64,000 bases of DNA from an uncultured Planctomycetia bacterium. Lineage in GTDB: Bacteria > Omnitrophota > Gorgyraeia > Taenaricolales > CAZCCH01. Position numbers and translations under genes: made by a program. The stretch covers positions 23,346-87,345 of the forward strand of contig CAZCCH010000003.1 of NCBI GenBank assembly GCA_964497315.1, in the 5' to 3' direction. The notes beneath the pieces were generated by a model. That model saw nothing but the letters and a program-made list of their open reading frames with translations, did no database searches and had not been told where the DNA came from. This document shows positions 36,583 through 46,805 of the stretch, in pieces. Position 1 is the stretch's first letter, and each line of letters begins with the position of its first letter.

Positions 36583-36715
36583 ATAATAGTCTTATTGTCT
36601 CACCCTGCTAATCTTGGAATCATACCATATTTATACTACAAATATAAATTCTGTGTAATCAGGTATTAATAAAAGCTTTGGTTTTTTTATCTAAAATCTA
36701 TAAGGAGGGAACACC

Positions 36716-38281
36716 ATGAATGACAGTAATATTTTAGAGCTAAAGGTATCCAGGATTATAGCTGCTCCCAAATGGAAAATCTTGCGTCTTATTACCAAGG
36801 TGAATGAATTCCCGAAATACATGCCCAACGTAAAGGAGGCAACAATACTACAAAAAAGCAGGAATAGATTTAAGACAAAGTGGTGTATCCAATTAGATGA
36901 GGTACCCATAAGCTGGGTAGAGGAAGATACCTTAGATGCCTCAGGTATATCTTTCAAGGCCACAGAGGGTGATTTAGCAGAGTTTGGTGGAAGGTGGAAT
37001 TTATCTGACCATCCAGATGGAACCTTAGTAGAGATTTGCATAAAGGCCTTAGTAGGAATTCCAGCAATACAACATTTTGCAGAAGGTTATATTAGAAATA
37101 TAATTGAGAGAAATTTTGAGTCTATCTTAGAGTCTGTGGAAACCCGACTTATTTCCATGCGATATGCCAGCCTTAAAAAAGGAGATAAAGACAAGGTTGC
37201 AGGTTTCGGGGTACTAGGGCATTTCTATAATTATAACCACCTAATGCGCTGCTTAAAAGCACTAAAGCCAGATTTTAAAGTACCTTCAAGAGGATTCATA
37301 AGTAAATTATTTGATTTGACACCCTCTTTTAAGATACACGATATGGAAGAGTTTAAGTCAAAAACAGGTGCGACCACTAGTGGCCGTTTTATTTTATGCA
37401 CCTTTATACCTGATATGGTAAATTTCGATGCTAAAGCTGTATATTCAAAAGTTGTTAGGGCATGCAAGGTAGCTGAAAAGTATGGCGTTGGTATTGTGAC
37501 ACTCGGTGGTTTTAGCTCAGTTGTCGGTGAGCGATATGGACAAAAAATAACAAAAGAGGTTGACATACCGATTACTACAGGCAATACATTGACCGCCTCA
37601 CTTGCCATTGACGGTGTTTTAAAAGCAAGTAGCCTTATGGGAATAGATTTAAAGAATGCAAAGGTAGCAATTATAGGAGGCACAGGAGATATTGGAAGTG
37701 CCTGTGCACGCGCTTTGGCAAAAAAGGTTAGGCACATAGTAATCACCGGAAGGACAAAGTCCAATTTAAGGAAGATGTGGTGGCAGCTTAAGTTTAAGTA
37801 TGGTGCACGCGTTGAGGCCACAAGAAATAATATAAAGGCTGTAAAGGATGCAGATATAGTCCTAGCATGTGCGAGTGTTTCAGCATCTATATTAGATATA
37901 AATGTTTTTAAGCCAGGAGCAATAATTTGTGATTTGGCATATCCTAAAAACATTTCATATATGGCAACAAGCAGAAAAGACATTTTGATATTCTCAGGTG
38001 GCTTGGCAAAATTACCTACACCCATAAATGTAGGTTTTGATACCGGTTCCCCATCACCTGATATTAGTTACGGTTGTTTTTCAGAGGTAATTGTGCTCTC
38101 ACTTGAGAAGCGGTTTGAGAGTTTTAGCTATGGAAGGGGTAACATAACACCAGAAAAAATAGAAGAAATAAGAGAAATGGCCACAAAACACGGGTTTGAA
38201 GTTGCCCCATTTTACTGGGGAGATAAATTGATAGAAGAGAGCGAAATTGCCGAAATTAGAAAGAGTGCGAAGAATACATGA
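36716..38281 (+). CDS. SRPBCC/START (cyclase-like) domain fused to a long-chain acyl-ACP-reductase-like NAD(P)-binding domain
   Basis: N-terminal ITKVNEFPKYMPNVK...GDLAEFGGRW (SRPBCC); then FGVLGH, LGGFSSVV, TTGNTLT, IIGGTGDIGSACA, CDLAYPKN, YGCFSEVIVLSLE..FE.FSYGRGNIT. Confidence 0.8.
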   Translation: MNDSNILELKVSRIIAAPKWKILRLITKVNEFPKYMPNVKEATILQKSRNRFKTKWCIQLDEVPISWVEEDTLDASGISFKATEGDLAEFGGRWNLSDHPDGTLVEICIKALVGIPAIQHFAEGYIRNIIERNFESILESVETRLISMRYASLKKGDKDKVAGFGVLGHFYNYNHLMRCLKALKPDFKVPSRGFISKLFDLTPSFKIHDMEEFKSKTGATTSGRFILCTFIPDMVNFDAKAVYSKVVRACKVAEKYGVGIVTLGGFSSVVGERYGQKITKEVDIPITTGNTLTASLAIDGVLKASSLMGIDLKNAKVAIIGGTGDIGSACARALAKKVRHIVITGRTKSNLRKMWWQLKFKYGARVEATRNNIKAVKDADIVLACASVSASILDINVFKPGAIICDLAYPKNISYMATSRKDILIFSGGLAKLPTPINVGFDTGSPSPDISYGCFSEVIVLSLEKRFESFSYGRGNITPEKIEEIREMATKHGFEVAPFYWGDKLIEESEIAEIRKSAKNT

Positions 38282-39234
38282 AAGTTTTGGTTACCGGAGG
38301 AACCGGTTTTATCGGTTCAGCCGTAGTAAGACATTTATTGGCAGCTAATCACGAAGTAAGAATTTTAGCTCGTTCTAAGAAAAAGACATTTCTTTTAAAA
38401 GGCTTGGATGTTGAGATAGTTGAAGGGGATATAATTTATCCAGAGGATATAGAAAAAGCAATCAGAGATTGCACAGTCTTATTCAATCTAGCTTCCAGTT
38501 ACACATTTTATCCTTTTTGGGAGAAGAAAGCAGAGGCTTTATATAAAATAAATGTTCAAGGCACAATTAACACACTGAATGTAGCATTAAAAAATAAAAT
38601 AGAGAGATTTATTCATACCGGTACTATTGCTACTATTGACAAAGGTTTAACTAGTCACTATGCTCGTTCAAAATATTTAGCCGAACAAGAAATTTTAAAA
38701 TTTTACCAAAAGGGATTGTCGACTATTATCCTCAATCCGGCTATTGTAATAGGAGAGAGAGATTATAAGCCTACTCCCTCCGGAGAGATAATTGTTAAGT
38801 TTTTGAATAAGAAATATCCCGGCTATTTTGATACTACTTGGGCTGTGGCAGATGTTGATGATGTGGCCAGGGCGCATGTAGCTGCAATTGAGCGCGGGCG
38901 CGCTGCGGAGAAATATACTCTTTGCAATAAAAGACATTATTCCATGAAGGAGATATTCGAATTACTGGAGGAAGTTTCTGGTGTAAAAGCACCTGGGATA
39001 AAAATTCCATATCTTTTATTGTCTAGCTTTGCATATATAGAAGAACTATTATCTTATTGCATTTTGAAGAAGAAGCCACTTATGCCAACGGATGGTGTAA
39101 AATTTTGCAGAATGTCAGGCACACATGACAACTCAAAGGCTGTAAACGAATTAGGTTATACCGAAACCCCGATCAAAGAAACTCTCACCAAGGCAGTAGG
39201 GTGGTATGAAGATAACGGATATATCAAAAGATGA
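38278..39234 (+). CDS. Extended SDR, NAD-dependent epimerase/dehydratase (HpnA/dihydroflavonol-reductase-like)
   Basis: TGGTGFIG, YARSK, NPAIVIG..D.KPTPSG, DVDDVARAH. Confidence 0.88.
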   Translation: MKVLVTGGTGFIGSAVVRHLLAANHEVRILARSKKKTFLLKGLDVEIVEGDIIYPEDIEKAIRDCTVLFNLASSYTFYPFWEKKAEALYKINVQGTINTLNVALKNKIERFIHTGTIATIDKGLTSHYARSKYLAEQEILKFYQKGLSTIILNPAIVIGERDYKPTPSGEIIVKFLNKKYPGYFDTTWAVADVDDVARAHVAAIERGRAAEKYTLCNKRHYSMKEIFELLEEVSGVKAPGIKIPYLLLSSFAYIEELLSYCILKKKPLMPTDGVKFCRMSGTHDNSKAVNELGYTETPIKETLTKAVGWYEDNGYIKR

Positions 39235-40829
39235 ACTTTTTGTTAAAAAAGATGGGGATGAATAAATATACCGACAGAGTAAATTTCGGAACCGCTATCT
39301 TTTTTTTAATTGTTAAATTTTTGCAATTTTTATTAAAGCTGGGATTTAAACCTAACGGGGATGGATGGCGAAGGGTTACGGAATCTTATCTGCGGACAGA
39401 ACATTCCAAGTTTGCATTAGCAGCTTTTAAATTAAATTTTTGGTCTGATTTGGATGTCGAAGGTAGCAAGACATTGGATTCAGCAAGAAAACACCTCATT
39501 GAAAGATTAGCCCAGTTTCTTAAACTACATCCTGCAACTCATTGGAAATTGCAATGGAATAGATTTTCTACGAAGAGACAAAAGAAAGAATTTATAGATA
39601 TTGTTCATGCGTTTTTTGATGAAAATGGCAATTTAAAAGATCTAAAGACATATTTTGACCAGGGCGAAGATATAGGAAGCCTTGGCGATGCCCAACCAGA
39701 TGCAAAGGCTACTCTGATTAAGATAATTATTGAGAATTACAATAACACGAAGGATTTAGGCGACAAGAAACGGCCGAAGATTTTACAAAGGAGAATAAAT
39801 GTTTGTCTCTCAAGGAAACCTCAGCTGAAAGATAAAGGATGGGCGGAGGTTTTTATTGAAAGAGTTTTGAGTGCAACTTTTATAAGTTTTGAAACACTGC
39901 CTTCAGTAGATGTTGGCGCAAATCGGAAGCGTTTTCAAACCCCGCGTTTTATAAAACGCAAACATCCTGGATTTGGTTTTTTAAATATAATCTGTAGATT
40001 TACCGAGGATTTTAATGAAGCAGACCTTTGGTTTCAGTTTAGCCATATTCCGGCAGACGGTGTTCCCATGCAAGAAATTTTGAATGACTTAAAACAACAA
40101 TGGGGTCAGCGGGGATTTTTTAAATTCCCCGCCCCAGATTATAGAGAAAACCTTAGGCCGGAATTATGTTCTACCAAAGATAGCAATGGAACAGCTTACC
40201 ATGTAAGCGAATTTGTTGATTTTCAGCCTTTGCGAAAATTAAGGTGGAAGCTAAATGCGCAATATTCCAGCCAGCTAAAGGGAAGTATTACCATAGTTGC
40301 GCTTTTTATATGGAAATTAGCGCAGCATGAGGTATTCAAAGATATTAAATTTGCTGTACCCATTGATTTATATTCTAGCCAGGGGCAAGAGAGAACTCTT
40401 GGGTTTGTCTTTATCCGGCCCAGTGTTTATTTTAATGATACCAAGCCTGATAAAGGTTTTCTTGGTTTTCAAGAGGAGTTTGACTTACAGCTTCAAACAG
40501 TCAGGGAGCGCAGAAGTCTAAGCTATGGATTGCTAGAGAGCTATACATTAACCCATCCCATTATGTATTCAGCTACATCAAAATTCATGCTTTCAGCTGT
40601 TGGTCATTTTGTTGGCACGTTGGGTGTTACGATAATTAAAAACGCAGACTTCTTTATGGGTCCGTTAAGCGATATACATATAGGGGGTTTTATCGCTATT
40701 GGAAATTTTCTAGTTTCAACAGAAGACGATAGAAATATATGCAATGTGAGCATAAAGGGTCCTAAAGATAAAATTGCAGATTATCTAGAGATAATCAAGA
40801 AAATAGCAAGTTCGGAAGGTGAAATATGA
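39231..40829 (+). CDS. Hypothetical protein with an HxxxDG (CAT/E2/condensation-type acyltransferase-like) motif
   Basis: 532-aa ORF overlapping both neighbours by ATGA; LWFQFSHIPADGVP; KFAVPID. Confidence 0.7.
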   Translation: MNFLLKKMGMNKYTDRVNFGTAIFFLIVKFLQFLLKLGFKPNGDGWRRVTESYLRTEHSKFALAAFKLNFWSDLDVEGSKTLDSARKHLIERLAQFLKLHPATHWKLQWNRFSTKRQKKEFIDIVHAFFDENGNLKDLKTYFDQGEDIGSLGDAQPDAKATLIKIIIENYNNTKDLGDKKRPKILQRRINVCLSRKPQLKDKGWAEVFIERVLSATFISFETLPSVDVGANRKRFQTPRFIKRKHPGFGFLNIICRFTEDFNEADLWFQFSHIPADGVPMQEILNDLKQQWGQRGFFKFPAPDYRENLRPELCSTKDSNGTAYHVSEFVDFQPLRKLRWKLNAQYSSQLKGSITIVALFIWKLAQHEVFKDIKFAVPIDLYSSQGQERTLGFVFIRPSVYFNDTKPDKGFLGFQEEFDLQLQTVRERRSLSYGLLESYTLTHPIMYSATSKFMLSAVGHFVGTLGVTIIKNADFFMGPLSDIHIGGFIAIGNFLVSTEDDRNICNVSIKGPKDKIADYLEIIKKIASSEGEI

Positions 40830-42985
40830 TACCACCCATTTTTAATCCTAGTAGCTACTTTTTTAATCCTCATAGCCTCACTTATTTTATTTCTGGTATT
40901 TTGATTGCCGCAGAAGGCGTTTTCACTTTCTCGCAGAATAAAAAATCCATATTGAATTCTAGCTTTGCACTCCTTACCATTTCTTCGGGTATATGGCTTA
41001 CAGGAATCAGCTTTATATATTCTTCGCTATATGAGCCTATAGCATTTGCGTGGTCCCGGTATTATACTTGGTTAGGAATAATTTTTATTACACCTGCCGT
41101 ATATTTGTTTTCGGTAAGCTGGGAAGGTGCACCGACATTAAGAAAAAGAAAAAAATTTATATATTTTATTTTTGCAACTTGCTTTACCTTCTATCTTTTT
41201 GGCATTTTGTCAACTTATCTTGTTGAAGGATTATGGTCGTATCCATGGGGATTTTATCCAAAAGCCGGAGTGCTTGAAGCCCCCTTTATAATGTGGTTTT
41301 ACATTTTGATGGTTTTATCATTTGAAAACCTTATCCGAAGCTATAAAAAAGAAACGATACCAATAAGAAAGAAACAGACCAAATTTATTATTATAGCATT
41401 CGTGCTTGGTTTTATGGGATCTGTGGATTTTTTACCGAATTATGGTGTTCCTTTATACGCATTTGGCGCTATCTTTGCATTGATGTTCACCACCATAATA
41501 GCATACTCCATCGTCAATTATCGCCTCATGGAAATAGAGACTGTAATCCATAAAACGATTGCTTGGTTTCTTACAAATGCAGCCTTAGTGGTCCCTTTGG
41601 TGGCCTTGCTTTATTTTACAAAGGATTGGTGTGTTAGGCTTGGGACCTATGGTGCATGGAGTTATCTAGGTGCAGTACTTTTATGTTTTTTGTTTTTCGT
41701 AAAGACATTCCAGCCAAAGGTAGATAACTTTTTTCAAAAGGGCAAGGTTTACATAGAGACCACCTTAAATAAATTTACCGATGAACTAATTCATCTTAGG
41801 GGTCTAGAAGAGGTAGTCAATAAAATTACAGACACAATAGTTGAAACAATACATGTGAATAGAGTGACGTTGTTGCTTTGCAATGATAGAACAAAAAAGC
41901 TAGTTACCGTAGGCAGCGCTAGAGATCCATTAGAGACAAGAATAGAATTAGATCTGAAGAACCCCTTTTTACAATGGCTTTCAGAAAATGATCGCATTAT
42001 CAACCGTAGGTTTATTGAGATAGACCCTGAAATAGAACCTATTCGTACACAGGCTAAAGAATATTTTCAAAAGCTAGAAGCTGCAACATGCATTCCTTTG
42101 GTACTAAATGAAAAATTAATTGGCTTGGTTAATTTAGGCCAGAAGACAAACCTAAAATCTCTTAGCGCCCTGGAGTACCAATTTCTTAATCGCCTTAAAA
42201 ATCAGACTACAATCGCCATCTCTAACTCATTAGTATATGACAGGGTAGAGGAAATGGTAAAGATAAGAACTGAAGAATTAGTTCAGACCCAACAGCAACT
42301 TATCCAGGCTGAAAAACTAGCCACTGTTGGTACTCTTGCAGGTGGTGTAGCGCATGAGATAAACAATCCCTTGGCTGCCATTTTAACAAATGCGCAAATG
42401 CTTATGATGACAATAGAAGACGAAGATGACAAAGAGTCATTAAAGTTGATAGAGGAGGCCACAAAGCGCTGCCGCAGTATTATCCAAAAACTCATGGCCT
42501 ACTCCAGAAAACCCTTGGGGGTTAGAGAAATTACAGAAGTAGACTTAGAAGAGGTCTTAAACAACATGGTCGCATTTTTAAGTTATCAGCTTAAGCAGGA
42601 AAATATCAGAATTATTCTAGAAAAGGAAAGACCTCCTTTTATCCTTAAAGGTTGCCAGAATGAATTAGAGCAGGTTTTAACAAACCTGATACTAAATGCC
42701 AAAGATGCCATAAAACACACTAAAAGCTTAGGGGATATACATATTACACTTTCTAAATCTGAGAATGAAATAACCATAAAAGTAAAAGATGAAGGCTCCG
42801 GTATTTCCAAAGAGCACATACAAAAGGTTTTTGACCCATTTTTCACAACCAAAGATGTAGGAAAAGGAACAGGCCTAGGTCTTTCCATCTGCCAGAGTAT
42901 AATCGAACAGCACAAAGGTACCATAAAAGCTGAATCGCAGCCAGGGCAAGGTGCTACATTTATTATCAATCTGCCCATCCTATAA
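40826..42985 (+). CDS. Membrane sensor histidine kinase (multi-TM sensor, HisKA_7TM-like, + GAF + HisKA + HATPase)
   Basis: About 9 TM segments; GAF-like CIPLVLNEKLIGLVNLG; EKLATVGTLAGGVAHEINNPL, QVLTNLILNA, DEGSGI, FFTTKDVGKGTGLGL. Confidence 0.93.
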   Translation: MIPPIFNPSSYFFNPHSLTYFISGILIAAEGVFTFSQNKKSILNSSFALLTISSGIWLTGISFIYSSLYEPIAFAWSRYYTWLGIIFITPAVYLFSVSWEGAPTLRKRKKFIYFIFATCFTFYLFGILSTYLVEGLWSYPWGFYPKAGVLEAPFIMWFYILMVLSFENLIRSYKKETIPIRKKQTKFIIIAFVLGFMGSVDFLPNYGVPLYAFGAIFALMFTTIIAYSIVNYRLMEIETVIHKTIAWFLTNAALVVPLVALLYFTKDWCVRLGTYGAWSYLGAVLLCFLFFVKTFQPKVDNFFQKGKVYIETTLNKFTDELIHLRGLEEVVNKITDTIVETIHVNRVTLLLCNDRTKKLVTVGSARDPLETRIELDLKNPFLQWLSENDRIINRRFIEIDPEIEPIRTQAKEYFQKLEAATCIPLVLNEKLIGLVNLGQKTNLKSLSALEYQFLNRLKNQTTIAISNSLVYDRVEEMVKIRTEELVQTQQQLIQAEKLATVGTLAGGVAHEINNPLAAILTNAQMLMMTIEDEDDKESLKLIEEATKRCRSIIQKLMAYSRKPLGVREITEVDLEEVLNNMVAFLSYQLKQENIRIILEKERPPFILKGCQNELEQVLTNLILNAKDAIKHTKSLGDIHITLSKSENEITIKVKDEGSGISKEHIQKVFDPFFTTKDVGKGTGLGLSICQSIIEQHKGTIKAESQPGQGATFIINLPIL

Positions 42986-42991
42986 AGAATT

Positions 42992-44488
42992 ATGTTTTAT
43001 CCAAGTAAATCTGAAATCAAAAAAATTAACTTACCCAAAGGACATCTTTTGCCTTTGTGTAAATATATAGATATAAGTTTATCACAAGCCCAGCTATACG
43101 AAGGGGTGTGTGAAGAGTTTAGCTTTTTATTAGATAGTGCCAAGATGCATCCAGAGATAGGCAGGTTTTCGTTTTTGGGATTTGAACCATTTTTGATATT
43201 TACCTCTAAAGGTAGTTCTATCCAGATAAAAAAGGCTACACATACACAAGATTTGATCGGTAACCCGATAGAAAAACTTCATCTTTTACTCAATGAATAC
43301 CGCAGTGTAAAATTAAAAGGCCTTCCGAATTTTACAGGGGGGGCAGTAGGTTATTTTTCTTATGATTGCTGCCATCTCTTTGAGAGGCTCCCCCGTAGCG
43401 CAATAGATGATCTTCAAATCCCGGATATGCATTTTATGTTTGTAGATACAATTTTAGCATTTGACCATGTGCAAAAAAAGACAATGATAATCTCAAACAT
43501 ATATCCGGATAAACCTTTAGATATAGCATACGATGAAGCAGTAGATAGGATTGAGAAGATGCAGGAGAGGTTAGAGAATGCAATCCTGGTTCCCAGGTCT
43601 TCAACTGTAAACTTCCAACCTGCTAACAAAGACCTTAAGATCAAATCAACCTTCACAAAAGAAGGTTTTGAAGCTATAGTCCGGCAGGCTAAAAAATATA
43701 TCAAGGCAGGGGACATATTTCAGGCAAATCTTTCACAAAGGCTTTCTTGTGAGACTCCTGACATACATCCATTTTATCTATACAAAACATTAAGAGAGAT
43801 AAATCCATCACCTTTTGCATGTTTTTTGGATTTTGGGAATTTGAAAATTGCAAGTTCTTCCCCGGAAAGGCTGCTTAAGGTAGAAGATAGATTTGTTCAA
43901 ACTAGACCCATTGCCGGTACAAGGCCAAGGGGGAAGACCCCCTCAGAGGACTTATCGCTTTCATGCGAATTATTATTGAGTGATAAAGAAAGGGCAGAGC
44001 ATATAATGCTTGTAGATTTAGAACGCAATGATTTGGGCAGGGTTTGTGAATATGGAAGTGTTAGGGTAAATGAACTCATGGTGCTGGAAGAATATTCACA
44101 TGTAATTCATATAGTTTCTAATGTTGTTGGCAGGCTTCATAAAGATAAAGACAGGTTTGATTTATTGGCTGCAGCATTTCCAGGGGGGACAATAACAGGG
44201 ACTCCTAAAATAAGGTGCATGGAAATAATAGATGAATTGGAGCCTGTAACAAGAAATATATATACAGGCTCAATAGGATATTTAGGTTTTAATGGCGATA
44301 TGGATTTGAATATTGCAATACGCACCTTTGTAATAAAAGACAATATAGCCCATGTTCAAGTGGGTGCCGGCATTGTAGCTGATTCAGACCCCACCAGGGA
44401 GTATTATGAAACCCTCTACAAGGCAGAGGCGCTTTTAAAAACACTGGAGAAAGTAACAGATGAAGCGCAGACTGTACCCACCAGCTGA
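42992..44488 (+). CDS. Aminodeoxychorismate/anthranilate synthase component I (PabB/TrpE family)
   Basis: GDIFQANLSQR, SSSPER, RPIAGTRPRG, EHIMLVDLERNDLG, FPGGTITGTPK; the folate context favours PabB. Confidence 0.9.
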   Translation: MFYPSKSEIKKINLPKGHLLPLCKYIDISLSQAQLYEGVCEEFSFLLDSAKMHPEIGRFSFLGFEPFLIFTSKGSSIQIKKATHTQDLIGNPIEKLHLLLNEYRSVKLKGLPNFTGGAVGYFSYDCCHLFERLPRSAIDDLQIPDMHFMFVDTILAFDHVQKKTMIISNIYPDKPLDIAYDEAVDRIEKMQERLENAILVPRSSTVNFQPANKDLKIKSTFTKEGFEAIVRQAKKYIKAGDIFQANLSQRLSCETPDIHPFYLYKTLREINPSPFACFLDFGNLKIASSSPERLLKVEDRFVQTRPIAGTRPRGKTPSEDLSLSCELLLSDKERAEHIMLVDLERNDLGRVCEYGSVRVNELMVLEEYSHVIHIVSNVVGRLHKDKDRFDLLAAAFPGGTITGTPKIRCMEIIDELEPVTRNIYTGSIGYLGFNGDMDLNIAIRTFVIKDNIAHVQVGAGIVADSDPTREYYETLYKAEALLKTLEKVTDEAQTVPTS

Positions 44489-45236
44489 TTTTGATTGTAA
44501 CGGTGTATTTGAGTCTATAAGAACTTATAATGGAGAAGTGTTTAGATTAGATGAGCACCTAGATAGGCTTTTTTGTTCTATGAAATCTGCTGGATTTAAG
44601 CAAAAGCTAAATAGGCGAGATATTAAATCCTTGATAGATAAAAAATTGACAGTGAGCAACTTAAAAAATGCCTATATTAGAGTTGCAGTAAAAGGTCAAG
44701 ATAATAAAAAACCAGAAATAGAAATCATCTTAAAACCTGTTAAAGGCTATCCTGCACATTGCTACAGAAGGGGTGTAAGCGTTAGGACGGCAGTTAACAA
44801 GAAGAATTATATCAATAGCTTGAGTCCGAAGATTAAATCTTCGAATTTTCTTTACGGTGTTTGCGCTAAAGCTGAATCAAAAGATGCCTTTGAAGTCATT
44901 CTTTTAAATCATAAAGGATACGTTGCCGAGGGAAGTATTTCCAATATCTTCATGGTAAAATCAGGCCAACTTTTCACACCTGCATGTTTTATCGGGTGTT
45001 TGGAAGGCGTAACAAGAAAGTTTGTAATGCAACTTGGACTTAAATTAAAAATAAAGACCCATGAGACAGTTTTAACAAGGCATGATTTTTATAGTGCTGA
45101 GGAGTGTTTCCTAACTAACACTACAATGGAGGTTATGCCTGTTGTTAAAATTGATAACAGGAAGATAGGTGGTGGTACCGTGGGTAAGATTACAAAAAAA
45201 CTAATGGTAAAATTTAAACAGGAGGTAACAAGATGA
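44460..45236 (+). CDS. PLP-dependent class IV aminotransferase (PabC/IlvE family)
   Basis: GVFESIR, HLDRL, KIKS, EGSISNIF, LEGVTR, ECFLTNT. Confidence 0.88.
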   Translation: MKRRLYPPADFDCNGVFESIRTYNGEVFRLDEHLDRLFCSMKSAGFKQKLNRRDIKSLIDKKLTVSNLKNAYIRVAVKGQDNKKPEIEIILKPVKGYPAHCYRRGVSVRTAVNKKNYINSLSPKIKSSNFLYGVCAKAESKDAFEVILLNHKGYVAEGSISNIFMVKSGQLFTPACFIGCLEGVTRKFVMQLGLKLKIKTHETVLTRHDFYSAEECFLTNTTMEVMPVVKIDNRKIGGGTVGKITKKLMVKFKQEVTR

Positions 45237-46804
45237 ACAAGGTAAAGCGTGCATTGATAAGTGTTTCGGATAAAACAGGTATTGATGAGTTTGTAAGAGG
45301 CTTAAATAAAATGGGAGTTGAGATTTTATCCACAGGTGGAACGGCTAAAAGAATTGAGGGTCTAGGAATCCCTGTGCGTAGGGTTTCCTCATATACAGGT
45401 TTCCCAGAAATGCTAGATGGCAGGGTAAAGACCTTGCATCCTAAGATTCACGGTGGACTCCTGGCTTTAAGGGGAAATGTAGAACATATGAAGCAAGTCC
45501 AAGAACATGATATTGAATTAATTGATATGGTAGTTGTTAACCTTTATCCTTTTGAGAAAACAGTAGCTAAGAAAGAGGTTAGCCTAGAAGAGGCAATAGA
45601 AAATATTGATATAGGTGGACCTTCTATGCTAAGGTCTGCTGCAAAGAATTACAAGGCCGTTGCAGTGGTATGCAACCCCGCAAGATATGCTGATATTTTA
45701 GAAGAGATGCAAAATAATGACGGTAGTGTTTCCAATGAGACAAAGACCATTTTAGCTGTTGAGGTATTTGAGAGAACAAATGAATACGATAGGGCGATAT
45801 ATAATTATTTAAGTAACCAACAGACATGTAGTTGCAAGCAAAAGGAAGACTTGCCTCAAGAGTTAAAATTACAATATCAAAAGGTGCAAGATTTAAGGTA
45901 TGGTGAGAATTCACACCAAAGGGCAGCATTCTATAAGGATGCAAAATGTAAAGAGCCTAGTGTGTCTTGTGCAGAACAGCTTTCAGGGAAGGAGTTATCT
46001 TTTAATAATATCCTAGATTTAGATGCAGCGATAGAGATAGTAAAAGATTTCAAAGAACCTGCAGCAAGCGTTATAAAACATACCAATCCCTGTGGTGCAG
46101 CAGTTGCAGAAACACTCTCAAAGGCATATCTGGATGCACTTGATTGCGATAAGCTTTCTGCATTTGGAAGCATAGTTGGTTTAAATAGAAAAGTAGATGA
46201 GGATACTGCTAAAGAAATTACATCTGCAGACTTTGTAGAATGCATTATAGCACCAGGTTATGAAGATAAGGCCTTGGATATTTTAAAAGAAAAAAAGAAT
46301 CTGCGTATTATGCGGGTACCTACTTTAGGTGGTAAACCCGACCTTCTTGATTATAATCTAAAAAAGGTCACAGGTGGAGTTTTGTTACAGGAGAGGGATA
46401 TAAATTCTGTTGCAGACTCAGGCCTAAAGGTTGTTACTAGTAAAAAGCCTACCCAGGAAGAGCTAAAATCGCTCCTGTTTGGTTATACAATAGTAAAGCA
46501 TGTAAAATCAAATGCTATAGTTTTATCTCAAGGCACAAAGACTGTAGGCATAGGTGCAGGCCAGATGTCAAGAGTAGATTCAGTGATTATCTCAATTAGA
46601 AAGTCTAGCGATCGCTCTAAAGGCACTACCTTAGCAAGTGATGCATTTTTCCCAAAGGCCGATGCCATAGAAGAAGCAGCCAAGGCAGGTATAACAGCGA
46701 TAGTCCAACCTGGTGGTTCAAAGTCCGATGAGGAAATTATAGCAGCGTGCAATAATGCAGGCATTGCCATGGTATTTGCCGGGTTGAGGCATTTCAAACA
46801 CTAA
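45233..46804 (+). CDS. purH: Bifunctional AICAR transformylase/IMP cyclohydrolase
   Basis: RALISVSDK, GRVKTLHP, IDIGGP, LRYGEN.HQ, KHTNPCG, GQMSRVDS, RHFKH. Confidence 0.97.
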   Translation: MNKVKRALISVSDKTGIDEFVRGLNKMGVEILSTGGTAKRIEGLGIPVRRVSSYTGFPEMLDGRVKTLHPKIHGGLLALRGNVEHMKQVQEHDIELIDMVVVNLYPFEKTVAKKEVSLEEAIENIDIGGPSMLRSAAKNYKAVAVVCNPARYADILEEMQNNDGSVSNETKTILAVEVFERTNEYDRAIYNYLSNQQTCSCKQKEDLPQELKLQYQKVQDLRYGENSHQRAAFYKDAKCKEPSVSCAEQLSGKELSFNNILDLDAAIEIVKDFKEPAASVIKHTNPCGAAVAETLSKAYLDALDCDKLSAFGSIVGLNRKVDEDTAKEITSADFVECIIAPGYEDKALDILKEKKNLRIMRVPTLGGKPDLLDYNLKKVTGGVLLQERDINSVADSGLKVVTSKKPTQEELKSLLFGYTIVKHVKSNAIVLSQGTKTVGIGAGQMSRVDSVIISIRKSSDRSKGTTLASDAFFPKADAIEEAAKAGITAIVQPGGSKSDEEIIAACNNAGIAMVFAGLRHFKH

Positions 46805-46805
46805 T

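Noticed and set aside
36583-36715. Long AT-rich leader with a weak ATTTATA/TATAAAT inverted repeat as a riboswitch or operator
   Set aside because: The sequence is low-complexity and AT-rich, so such a repeat is expected by chance; no known aptamer is recognisable.
39996-40007. RFTE inside the HxxxDG protein as another copy of the motif
   Set aside because: It is a single copy preceded by Cys within a hydrophobic strand rather than an acidic linker; probably chance.
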